DNA of 64,000 bases from an uncultured bacterium (GCA_949297275.1 CASFQR010000007.1:2627-66626), one strand, 5' to 3'. Positions 31,146 through 40,255 are shown, counted from the stretch's first letter. Program-made: numbers and translations. The notes: generated from the sequence alone by a model not told the origin.

Positions 31146-32624
31146 TTACACTAATTTATTAATTTCAATTGTTGCTTCCGTGTTATTAAGCGCAGTAATA
31201 ACAAAATTATATTGGCAGGTACTTCCGTCATTAAAATGAAAATCGTTAAAGGTATTGATTCCAAACGAATCGCCTAAGGTAAATAATGTCTCATTATTAG
31301 CCTTATAACCATCTAAGAAGGTGTTTTGACCATTACTTTCTAATAAATGTAAAAGAAGATTTTCTGAAAAAGAATCGCCTAAGGTATAAGTATTATCGTG
31401 GGCAAAATATATCCGATAAGTACTTAAAGGATAAGTATTATCAGCAACATATTTAAATGGCAATAAAGTATTATTACTAATAAAACCCAACCTAGCGTCA
31501 ACATGATAAACTTTAATCCCAATTTGACTCATTAAAGCATCATTCGTCCTTCTAGCGTCTAAACTATTAAGATAATTTGGTGAATAAAATTCAATTAATA
31601 AATATTCATCAAAAGGCGTTTGATTCCAATCATCTTTTAGTAAAATTACATCACCAGTATTGGTAAATGGTCTTATTTTAATAGCAGTAGAATCGGTGAT
31701 TACTAAGGGAGTTATCCACCCTAATAGCATCTTAGAGAAAGAACTATGATCGCCTAAAGAATTATCCATCATATCCGCTCCACCAGTTGGATTATAACTT
31801 TCGCCATTTAAGTTATAGTAATCTTCTAAACCAAATAGATGGCCAACTTCATGAATAAATGTATGCGCATCGACGCGTCCAAATAAATCAGGATTCAATA
31901 AATGATAACTCGACCAAGAAAAAAGGGCTTCTTGGTTAACACTATATGCCCAAAAGACACTATCCTTAGCCTGCTCGCCTTGACTTAAAGGGGCGGAATA
32001 AACTAAATAAACTGGCACGCCATTGTCGCTGTTACCCGCAATATAAAAATCCACGAGGTTACCATATTTTTCCTCATACCAATTTAAGGCATCATGATAA
32101 ATATTTTTAATAATAGATGCGCGATTAGTCTGGCGATTAAGTTCACTCACACAATATTTTGAGCGATACCAATCACTAACAAACCCTGTTAAAGATAATT
32201 TGCCATAACTACTTTTATTGTAAAAACTCGCGACTGATTCAAATTGATTATTTTTATCATTACCAAAGAAAGCTTTTTTAATATTATCAAGTGTTTCTTC
32301 CTTGCTGCCTAAATTTGTTGCGGGATAATCATCAAAATCTACTGGAATCACTAATAATTTTTGTTCCCCTAGACTAGGTAGGGCTTGATGATAATTTTTG
32401 TTTTTTAATAATTGATAAAAATTAGTAATTGTCTGTTCTTCACCATTAACAATGTACGAATAATCTAAAAATTCACTTAATTTATAATAATTATCTGCTA
32501 TAAAACCATTATCTTCACCACTAGCATAAAAATTTTCATAAGGCACATAATGGTTATTTTTAGCGCAGGCACTTAAAGCAACAATTGTTAGAAGTGATAA
32601 AGAGATTAAATAACTTTTTTTCAT
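31146..32624 (-). CDS. M6 (immune inhibitor A-like) family zinc metalloprotease lipoprotein
   Basis: Lipobox LSAC. Zinc-binding motif HTFIHEVGHLFGLEDYY (HExxH + E, as in the M6 HEFGHxLGLxDEY motif), followed by DMMDN...GDH...SK..LGW. Confidence 0.7.
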   Translation of the reverse strand: MKKSYLISLSLLTIVALSACAKNNHYVPYENFYASGEDNGFIADNYYKLSEFLDYSYIVNGEEQTITNFYQLLKNKNYHQALPSLGEQKLLVIPVDFDDYPATNLGSKEETLDNIKKAFFGNDKNNQFESVASFYNKSSYGKLSLTGFVSDWYRSKYCVSELNRQTNRASIIKNIYHDALNWYEEKYGNLVDFYIAGNSDNGVPVYLVYSAPLSQGEQAKDSVFWAYSVNQEALFSWSSYHLLNPDLFGRVDAHTFIHEVGHLFGLEDYYNLNGESYNPTGGADMMDNSLGDHSSFSKMLLGWITPLVITDSTAIKIRPFTNTGDVILLKDDWNQTPFDEYLLIEFYSPNYLNSLDARRTNDALMSQIGIKVYHVDARLGFISNNTLLPFKYVADNTYPLSTYRIYFAHDNTYTLGDSFSENLLLHLLESNGQNTFLDGYKANNETLFTLGDSFGINTFNDFHFNDGSTCQYNFVITALNNTEATIEINKLV

Positions 32625-32765
32625 ATCCTAAACATATTTATATTACTCTATTTTGTCTAGCAAAGATAAAATTTAAAGAACGAAATAATTTTTTTCTTGA
32701 TTTATTAATTAAAAACGGCTTTAATCTCTAATATATTTTCTTAAAAGAAAAGGAGGAAAATAAAA

Positions 32766-35009
32766 ATGAATAAGAAATTCTTAGTCTTATTACCGGCATT
32801 AGCATTAATGCTAACGGCTTGTCCAGAAGGCGAAAGTGTTAGTTCAACTTCTTCAAGCGGTAATAGCGGAGATGTCAATGATTCAACCGGCAGCAGCGAA
32901 GGTGGCGATTCGTCAAGCGTTACCCCCGTTGATCCAATCGACTTAGAAAAAGCTCAGGCGATTGCAAACTTACAAGCGCTTTCTAACCCAGCCGTCGAAG
33001 CAAATGTCACATTGAATAATGGCGAAAAATCTAATATCTATCGAACCGTAGGAGTCATAGGTGAAGAATTAGGTTATTCGGCCGTTTATCAAGTTAGTGA
33101 TGCAGGCGAAGAACTTTATTTAGAAGAATTATATGTTAAAGAACCAGAAACTGGTTATTTAGCAAGCGAATTCTTAGGTATTGATAATACTATTCAATAT
33201 TCTCGCTATTCCTTAACTGGTAGTAATGAACCATTAATGTTTGATGATGTTATCTATGCACCATTTAGTGGTATTGATGACAATTCATCAATTTGGCACA
33301 CCGAAACTAAAACCTTAGAAGTAGTTGTCATGCTCGCGCTTGATGGTTTTGAAGCTGCTAGTTTAATCTTTATGCCAGTCTTTACCCCTACTCGCGTCAA
33401 TATTGTTTTTGATGAAGAATTAAATCCAGTCGCGATGGCTGCTACTTTAACTGAAGGGGAAATTACTTCTACTTTAGAAGGGCGATTTGTTAATGGTGAT
33501 GATGTGATTGCCACTATTGAACGCGTTCAAACGATTCCAATGGGCGAAGGAAAAGAACCATTAACGGAAATGATCAGCGCTCTCCATGATGCGAATAATT
33601 ACACCATTTCATATGGAAATACAACATCAGGTTTCAATATTTTAGTCGATAAAGAAAAAGGTGTCGTTGAACAATTTTATGAGGAAGGCGCTATTGCTCA
33701 ACAAAGTGGCACTTTCCGCGTCAACGATAGTGAATTTGTCCGTTTTAAAGGCGTTGAAGCTGATGGAACCACTGTCACCACTTCCACACCAAATTTAACC
33801 GGTGATCCGCTTGATGATTATTTTGATGATCAAACACCAAGCTTCAGCGTTTCAGCAGCTTTCTTTGATGTTGTTACTAACGAAGAAACTGAAGAAACTG
33901 TCTTCAAATTAAATTCTGCTTATGATCCTGTTACATTCTTAAGCGATTTAATTCCACTTTCTTTCTTTGCTGATCCTAGCACTGTTTTAAGTGGCTCAAT
34001 CGAGTATGATGATGGTACGGTCGAGGATGTTTCTCCAACTATTTCTGGCAATACAGAAAATGTCGTTGTAACTTTCTCTATGCTATATATGGGTGTCTAT
34101 GTTCTTCCTATCTCTATTACATTAACTAACATCGGCACGACCGTCTATCCATTTACCGCTAATAGTGAATATCAAATCCCAACTACTTGGGAAGAATTAT
34201 TCTATGATAGTTATGCAACTATTAATGAAAATTTAAGCACGGTTGGTAATGCTCATAATGAAAATGCCGTCTTAGAAAATGTCCCATTCTATTTTGATCC
34301 ATTAAATTCATGGGGCGAAGATACCTTAACAATGAATTATGGTGCCTTTACAATTTATGCCTTAATTGATAATGAGAATGATATTTTAACCTTCTATGAA
34401 GCTTATGTCGCGCTTTTAGAAGATGAGGGTTGGGAAGAAGTAACTAGCGAAGAAACCGGCATTTATATCTATGAAAACGCTACATTTGGTTTAAAAATAA
34501 CCTTGACGCTTTATTTAGATGCAGTTGAATTAACTGTGACGAATGTGGGCTTTACCTATAGTAATATGTTCTCAGATTATAGCGGATCAGGCTATACTCC
34601 TGATGTTTCTCACGAAGAATTAGTGAATTTCCCACTCTTAATGCCGGCAACAGGCATCCTTAACTGGGGAGTAGTCTCTAGTGATAACTGGGAAACATGC
34701 CAACATTTCATTCAAATTGGTCAAACCGATACATATATTAGTAGTATTGCTGCTGGTGTTGATGATGCAAATAGTGAATTCCAAGCTTTCTTAGAAGAAG
34801 AAGGTTGGACATTAAAAATTAATACCGATCCAACATATGAAGATATTAGCGAATATGTTTATAGCAAAGTCGTTGGTGATAGAACATATACAATCACTAT
34901 CACTTATCTATTTTTTGGTGGAGATACAGTTGATATCGCGGTTGTCTTAAGTGGATATGACACACCTACTTCCACCGACACTCCTAGTGAAGAAACACCG
35001 GTTGAATAG
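32766..35009 (+). CDS. large acidic surface lipoprotein
   Basis: Lipobox LTAC; 747 aa; Ser/Gly/Asp-rich N-terminal linker. Confidence 0.6.
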   Translation: MNKKFLVLLPALALMLTACPEGESVSSTSSSGNSGDVNDSTGSSEGGDSSSVTPVDPIDLEKAQAIANLQALSNPAVEANVTLNNGEKSNIYRTVGVIGEELGYSAVYQVSDAGEELYLEELYVKEPETGYLASEFLGIDNTIQYSRYSLTGSNEPLMFDDVIYAPFSGIDDNSSIWHTETKTLEVVVMLALDGFEAASLIFMPVFTPTRVNIVFDEELNPVAMAATLTEGEITSTLEGRFVNGDDVIATIERVQTIPMGEGKEPLTEMISALHDANNYTISYGNTTSGFNILVDKEKGVVEQFYEEGAIAQQSGTFRVNDSEFVRFKGVEADGTTVTTSTPNLTGDPLDDYFDDQTPSFSVSAAFFDVVTNEETEETVFKLNSAYDPVTFLSDLIPLSFFADPSTVLSGSIEYDDGTVEDVSPTISGNTENVVVTFSMLYMGVYVLPISITLTNIGTTVYPFTANSEYQIPTTWEELFYDSYATINENLSTVGNAHNENAVLENVPFYFDPLNSWGEDTLTMNYGAFTIYALIDNENDILTFYEAYVALLEDEGWEEVTSEETGIYIYENATFGLKITLTLYLDAVELTVTNVGFTYSNMFSDYSGSGYTPDVSHEELVNFPLLMPATGILNWGVVSSDNWETCQHFIQIGQTDTYISSIAAGVDDANSEFQAFLEEEGWTLKINTDPTYEDISEYVYSKVVGDRTYTITITYLFFGGDTVDIAVVLSGYDTPTSTDTPSEETPVE

Positions 35010-35137
35010 GAATCATAATCAATAATTACTAACTTAAAAGGGTCACGTTGTTGGCCCTTTTCTTTTGCTAAAAAGATTAAATTAAAGTCGAACGCACAAA
35101 TGAATTAAATTATGTTTATAAACATAACTATCAAAAG

Positions 35138-35157
35138 CTGTTAAATATAGCGGGGTT
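35138..35157 (+). repeat. Intergenic motif copy 1 (ctgttaaatatagcggggtt)
   Basis: About 20-nt motif AAAARCTGTTAAATAKRGCRGGGTY, also present at 35418-35437 and 44455-44474, all on the plus strand. Confidence 0.6.
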
Positions 35158-35417
35158 AAATAAAAAACTACATTATTTATTTAGCAATAACATTAAAACA
35201 AACAAAATAACCCCCTTTTGCGTAAAAAACAACGCAAAAGCTCAATATAAATAATTAAATTAGGTTGAAATAGCAGATTAAATAATTTTGGTGTTATTAA
35301 TATTGATATAAATAATATTTCTAATTTAAACAAACACATATTAGTGATTTTTTTGAAAATTAATCCATTCATAAATTAGTGAATTCATCACTTTATTTAT
35401 TATCGATATTGTAAAAA

Positions 35418-35437
35418 CTGTTAAATAGAGCAGGGTT
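35418..35437 (+). repeat. Intergenic motif copy 2 (ctgttaaatagagcagggtt)
   Basis: See copy 1. Followed by a 10-bp hairpin terminator aaaaggatcg-ccctagaaaa-cgatcctttt at 35451-35480. Confidence 0.6.
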
Positions 35438-35505
35438 ATTTATTAGATAAAGAAAAGGATCGCCCTAGAAAACGATCCTTTTACTAACAAATAATTTAAA
35501 TAAAA

Positions 35506-36678
35506 TTAACCTAACAAAGCACCTAAATTAAATAAATAAATGACATAAACATTTTCACTACTAATTAAATCATCAACCCCAATACCAAAAGTCAATGAAC
35601 TATTAACATACATGCCAAAAGATTCGTCATAACTAAAATTATTTTCGCTTAAGGATGCAATATAATTAGTCGCGACTGTTTTATCAGTTGTGTTAATTTG
35701 AATAACAAGCGCGCCCATATAAGGATATAAGGCATAGAAAAAGGCAAAAGCATCACCGCTAGCCTCAGGAATATTGTCGTTAGTAACATCATAATCAAAG
35801 AATGTTAAGGCAAGATTTAAGTCTTCACTTGGCCACGAAGAACCTATATAAGTCTTGGGTTGTAAGACAAGATATGTCACATCACTTTCATAATAAGTAA
35901 AAACATGAAGATATTCTTTAGGGCTAATAGCAAGGTAAGTTGTCATATTATCTTCAGTAGATGAAGAAGTCGTCCAACCTAGGGCCGCTAAAGAATCGTT
36001 ATATTCTTTACTGCCATCATAACCATAACCTAAGCCAATGACAAAGATGTTCATATTAGATATATAATCAAAGTATCCATATTCATCATAAGCATGGCTA
36101 GGAGTTGGTAAGGAAGTAATTTCCCCCAAAGATAAGAAGTCGGCGTAATAATTTACGCGATCATTTTCAAATGTATCATAGTGAATATAATAAAAATCAG
36201 CGACAAAATAACATAGACCACTACTAACTAAATTACCAGTTTGGTCAAAGCCATAAACATTCACCTCAATCGAGGTTAAAGCATTAACATAAATCGTTAG
36301 GGTGTAATCTAAATAATTCGCATCTTGATAAGTAACCGTAAAACCATCAATAATTAAAGATTTACGAAATTCATCAATATATTCGCTAGAAACAGTTCGC
36401 GAAGTCGTCTCATAAGAGACACAATCGTAGTCTTCATAATAATTGACTTCTGCACCGGGAACTTCATAATATGTCGGAACAAAGCCGCCTAAATGCGTGC
36501 TAAATAAATCCCTTTCTTCTTCCGTCCAATCTTTAGTAGGCTCACTGCTAATAGAGGTGGAAGAATTGACGCTACTAACATCGCTAGATGTAGGGCCAGG
36601 GCAAGATGATAAAGTTAGAGCTAATGCTGGTAAAATAAATGTTAAAATTTTTTTCATATTTTTCCTTTCTTTCCACAA
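35506..36678 (-). CDS. lipoprotein, partner of M6 peptidase module A; start probably at the internal MKKIL (about 36657)
   Basis: Lipobox LSSC after MKKILTFILPALALT; Tyr/Asp-rich. Confidence 0.55.
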   Translation of the reverse strand: MWKERKNMKKILTFILPALALTLSSCPGPTSSDVSSVNSSTSISSEPTKDWTEEERDLFSTHLGGFVPTYYEVPGAEVNYYEDYDCVSYETTSRTVSSEYIDEFRKSLIIDGFTVTYQDANYLDYTLTIYVNALTSIEVNVYGFDQTGNLVSSGLCYFVADFYYIHYDTFENDRVNYYADFLSLGEITSLPTPSHAYDEYGYFDYISNMNIFVIGLGYGYDGSKEYNDSLAALGWTTSSSTEDNMTTYLAISPKEYLHVFTYYESDVTYLVLQPKTYIGSSWPSEDLNLALTFFDYDVTNDNIPEASGDAFAFFYALYPYMGALVIQINTTDKTVATNYIASLSENNFSYDESFGMYVNSSLTFGIGVDDLISSENVYVIYLFNLGALLG

Positions 36679-36716
36679 AAAAAGAAGGATAAATCCTTCC
36701 TTTTTGTTAAATTAAA

Positions 36717-38342
36717 TTAAGCGATAGTGTTAATTTGAATGGTCGCTTCTTCGGGAGTGATAGAAACGATATCAATTGTATAACCAAAGGCTACTTTTTC
36801 ATCATTGCTATTACGCGTATGGAATAAGTAAGATTGGTAATTAGAACCTTCGCCATTAAAATTATCGCCTTGTTTAAATAGGGCTGCGTTATTAAATAAT
36901 ACGGAAGCACTATTACGGCCACCTTGTGGCAATAAGGAGATGAGATATTCATCCGGTTCAACGGTTTCAGTTTTGGTGTTAGAAGTAGCGATTTTCGTAA
37001 AGGTTGAACCACTAGTAGTCGATGAACGAATAATGCGGTTAGTGTACCCAGTAAAGACTTGGGTCTGAGTTTGTCCATTATAGTTATAAACACCTAAACG
37101 CGAATCAACATGGAGAATCTTAATGCCACTTTCAGTTGGGCAAGTTGGATAGGCTCCCCGCAAAGCAAATTGACTATCGCGTTCATTTAAACCAGTAGGA
37201 GTGTAATATTCTAAAACGAGATATTCAGCAAAATAAGTATTCTTATTTTCTTCTTCACTATCATAATAACCATAATAAGGAATAAAGATAGCGTCACCAG
37301 AACTAGCAAATGGACGAATCTTAATTTCTACTGAACCATTGACCATATAAGGCTTAACCCAACCTAAAATAGCTTTAGAATAGGCGTTATGATCACCAAC
37401 ATTATTGTCCATCATATCAACTTTACCTAAAGGAGCGATATTAGAATAAGAAGTATCATAATAGTCCCAAAGGGATAAAGCGTGACCAGTTTCATGAATT
37501 AAAGTGTGACAATCGACTTTAGCTTCACCGCTAGCGATTTGTTCAGCGGTCCAATTTTGGTGTTTACCATTTTCATCATAATAACCTTCTTCAAAGAAAG
37601 TTTGATAAGCAAAGAAGGCCCATTTACCAATATCTGGTTGTTGTTTATTGCCATCCGTGCTAGTGCCACCACAATAAGCCCAATAATAGCCATCTTCTAC
37701 ACCCATATCTTCACCATAATTAATTGGGGCCGAATAAACCATTGCTAAATAGTCGATTGAGCCATCGCCATCACTATCAAAATCTTGTAAAAGTTCATTC
37801 GCGCTTTCATAAAGAGGATTACCACTTTCATCAACGAATAAATTTTTATAATAACTAAAACTAGTTTTGATATTAGATAAGACCATGGTTGCATAAGAAA
37901 GTGGTTGGACACTTGTGGCAAAGGTATAGGCATCTAATGGTGTTTGTCGTTCAAAATCACTAAAGCCATATTGCCATGGCAAAACATAACCGCTAAAAGT
38001 TAATTTGCCATAACTACTTTCTTCATAATACGATTTTAAAGAATGCCAAATGGTATCACTCGCGTCCCCAAAGAAAGCGTTTTGCATATCTAAGCGGGCT
38101 TCTTCTTCGCTTTTACCATAAGTCTCTTCAATTTCAAAATCAGTAAATTTAATTGGAATTACTAAAACGCGCGCTTCGCCTTCTGAAGGACAATAATTTC
38201 CGACACCATAACCATCACGATTAACTTGCGAATTCGTGATATCTTCGGTTTCATATTGGAAATATTCGCCACCATTACAAGCACTTAAAATTGCCACTAA
38301 GGGAAGCATTGTTAGGATAGATAATAATTTTGTTTTCTTCAT
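36717..38342 (-). CDS. M6 (InhA-like) family zinc metalloprotease lipoprotein, paralog of 31146..32624
   Basis: Lipobox LSAC. Zinc-binding motif HTLIHETGHALSLWDYY and DMMDN..GDHNAYSK..LGWVKP; shares IKIRPF and the C-terminal IQINTIA/IEINKLV with its paralog. Confidence 0.7.
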   Translation of the reverse strand: MKKTKLLSILTMLPLVAILSACNGGEYFQYETEDITNSQVNRDGYGVGNYCPSEGEARVLVIPIKFTDFEIEETYGKSEEEARLDMQNAFFGDASDTIWHSLKSYYEESSYGKLTFSGYVLPWQYGFSDFERQTPLDAYTFATSVQPLSYATMVLSNIKTSFSYYKNLFVDESGNPLYESANELLQDFDSDGDGSIDYLAMVYSAPINYGEDMGVEDGYYWAYCGGTSTDGNKQQPDIGKWAFFAYQTFFEEGYYDENGKHQNWTAEQIASGEAKVDCHTLIHETGHALSLWDYYDTSYSNIAPLGKVDMMDNNVGDHNAYSKAILGWVKPYMVNGSVEIKIRPFASSGDAIFIPYYGYYDSEEENKNTYFAEYLVLEYYTPTGLNERDSQFALRGAYPTCPTESGIKILHVDSRLGVYNYNGQTQTQVFTGYTNRIIRSSTTSGSTFTKIATSNTKTETVEPDEYLISLLPQGGRNSASVLFNNAALFKQGDNFNGEGSNYQSYLFHTRNSNDEKVAFGYTIDIVSITPEEATIQINTIA

Positions 38343-38518
38343 ATCTATTTTCCTTCCTTTCTCAATAAAATAATTGCAACTTGCTTAAGCAAGTAGCAAG
38401 AGTATATCGCTTATTAATTTTCTTGTCAAAGTTTTTGTAATTTCGTCAGATGATTTTATATTTTTCAAGTGATAATGTCTTAAGTAGTTACAAGGGAAAA
38501 TGTCCTAAAAGCACAATC

Positions 38519-38812
38519 TTAAAAAAGAAAGTTACACACATATGGGAAAAGTGATACTAACTTCCTATAAACAACAATATCAATTTCATGTTTTACTGTA
38601 CGACTGATGCCAAAAAAAGATACATTTCTTTCAAACTCGACTTTATATTCCTTAAATTCATTTCTTTTTCTTTCAAACTCGACTTTATATTCCTTAAATT
38701 CATTTCTTAAAAAGATACCGAGTTCAAACTGTAAAGAAAATTCATTATAAATTTCTATTTTTTTCTCTTTTACATTATTTAAAAAATTTTCTATTATTTC
38801 TTTAAAATCCAT
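38519..38812 (-). CDS. Small hypothetical ORF containing a perfect 42-bp tandem duplication (protein repeat NEFKEYKVEFER); possibly a gene remnant
   Basis: Units at 38625-38666 and 38667-38708 are identical. There is no signal peptide, and the ORF ends just before the palindrome acttgcttaagcaagt (38381-38400). Confidence 0.3.
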   Translation of the reverse strand: MDFKEIIENFLNNVKEKKIEIYNEFSLQFELGIFLRNEFKEYKVEFERKRNEFKEYKVEFERNVSFFGISRTVKHEIDIVVYRKLVSLFPYVCNFLF

Positions 38813-38868
38813 TTTAAATACTCCTTTATCATGATCGTTAACAATCTCTTCGAATTGGCAATTACGCT

Positions 38869-39702
38869 GTCACGATACATTAGTTTTTTTATCTAATATT
38901 TCCCAATACCCAGTTTTATTTGAACCTTGTCTTTTTATATAATGTTTATCTTTTAAAACTTTAATATTTTTATCAATTGATGTTTTGCCTAACTCACATT
39001 TTATCATTAATTGAGATTTAGTAATATTAGGATTATTTCTAATTTCCGCAGGACTCGTATTTGAGATTTATTGAGTAATTTATTACCCACTTTATTACCC
39101 ACTTTATTACCCACATCATTTATGCGATTAAATGGTATAGTTACTACTATCGTATCTTTATTGATGGCTATTGCTTCTTTCCCGTATTTATTAACGATTG
39201 TAGGAATTCCTCTACCTGTTTTTTCACTGATGTGTAATTGTAAAAACAACTCTGATAGTTTCTCATTTACTGGTACTGAATGTCCTTCAAAAAAACCATC
39301 AAGAGTTTGCATAGGTGGTAAAGTGCCTCTTGATAAAATTTCGATTCGATCAGAATACAAAGTAATCATTGGCTCATTTAGATGAATCCATTTGTTATGT
39401 AAAAATGCATTGATAACGGCTTCTCTATAGCATTCAAAATCAAATAGCATTATTTCCTCTCTTTCCATAATTCTATTTTTTTCGTTTGCTTGAGGAATGT
39501 TTAAAACATCACCATAATTTAAAACATCATTTAAAGAATATAAGAGACATTTATAACCAAATTCCTTTACAGAATACATTTTAGAAGCTTTTGTTTTTCC
39601 CTCAAAGATAGCTACTCGAATCGGAACATGAGAATTATCAGATAATAACTGAGCCATTATATTAAATTTGCCATCTTTCGTTAATAAATGAAGATTTTTA
39701 AA
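38869..39702 (-). pseudogene. N-terminally truncated, frameshifted paralog of the AlbA_2/HATPase_c_4/HTH regulator (HATPase_c_4 part in ORF 39007..39657; HTH part in the -1 frame, 38869-39069)
   Basis: The ORF reads ...AVINAFLHNKWIHLNEPMITLYSDRIEILSRGTLP...(VGNK)3.... The downstream -1 frame encodes ISNTSPAEIRNNPNITKSQLMIKCELGKTSIDKNIKVLKDKHYIKRQGSNKTGYWEILDKKTNVS*. The N-terminal AlbA_2 part is missing; the alignable region (NLLADLLSDENR of the gene at 11671..13032 vs MAQLLSDNSH here) begins at the first codon. Confidence 0.65.
39079..39114. repeat. 12-nt perfect tandem repeat x3 (tttattacccac), encoding (VGNK)3
   Basis: Seen directly; it sits at the same domain junction as the repeat at 11879-11931. 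Confidence 0.85.
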
Positions 39703-39830
39703 AATAATATTAAAATTGTATTACCGATTACATCTTTGACTTTAGTTTCTGGTGATACTTTCTTATAGGTAGCCACTCTGTTCTTAGGAGACGCGTTAGA
39801 AACGCCAATGGTTAATTTGTGTTTCATAAC
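39683..39830 (-). CDS. Short ORF (49 aa; MKHKLTIGVSNASPKNRVATYKKVSPETKVKD...) with a strong Shine-Dalgarno (aggagg, 8 nt upstream); possibly a fused remnant
   Basis: ATG at 39828-39830 (minus) is preceded by cgcaggaggaaaaagtt. Its 3' part overlaps, out of frame, the upstream extension of pseudogene 38869..39702. Confidence 0.25.
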
Positions 39831-39948
39831 TTTTTCCTCCTGCGTTTTCTAAAGAAGAGCGAACACTACCCTTCTCACCATATGGAGATTTGGAAGGCGT
39901 TTTGATGGGGGTCAAAATTGAAAAAGTTACAAAATATTTTTAGGCAAC

Positions 39949-39986
39949 AAAAAAAGACCACCTAGATCAATAAGAACCAGATGGTC
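39949..39986 (-). terminator. Intrinsic terminator (10-bp stem GACCAUCUGG/CUAGGUGGUC with two G-U pairs) followed by a U7 run
   Basis: Reverse complement of 39956-39986 followed by aaaaaaa (plus 39949-39955). Confidence 0.5.
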
Positions 39987-40193
39987 ATTCAATATTATTA
40001 AAAAGGATAGGGTTGCAGTTGCCGTGTTTAGGGGTGCGCAAGGGTGTGCAAAATAGGGGTTACCGTGTAATAGTGCACATCTGCCGTTTCAAAGCGAGCC
40101 TTAAAAATGATGGTTTTTCTATGAATTTTGGAAATTTTGGCTCGCACTATTACAACGGCGTAATTTTAAAAAGCGGCTATTTAAGCCTAAAAT

Positions 40194-40241
40194 CAAAAAA
40201 AGTCTGCACACCCCTAGTCATCGACTAAGAATATATCAGAC
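40194..40241 (-). terminator. Probable tmRNA transcript terminator (GUCUG...CAGAC outer stem with inner hairpin CUUAGUC-gau-GACUAGG) followed by a U7 run
   Basis: It begins 15 nt past the CCA end of tmRNA on the minus strand; a U7 run follows (plus aaaaaaa at 40194-40200). Confidence 0.45.
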
Positions 40242-40255
40242 ATGTTGTACGTTTA

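Noticed and set aside
39990-40255. Possible ykkC (guanidine-I) riboswitch, RNase P RNA, SRP RNA or SAM riboswitch
   Set aside because: Only short coincidental matches were found (CUAGGG, ACACGGC, GGCUCGCAC, GGCAAC). The defining conserved blocks are absent: GGUCCGAGAG/AAAAGCCCGGGAG for ykkC; GGAAAGUCC for RNase P; GGAAGCAGC for SRP; GGUGGAGGGA for SAM.
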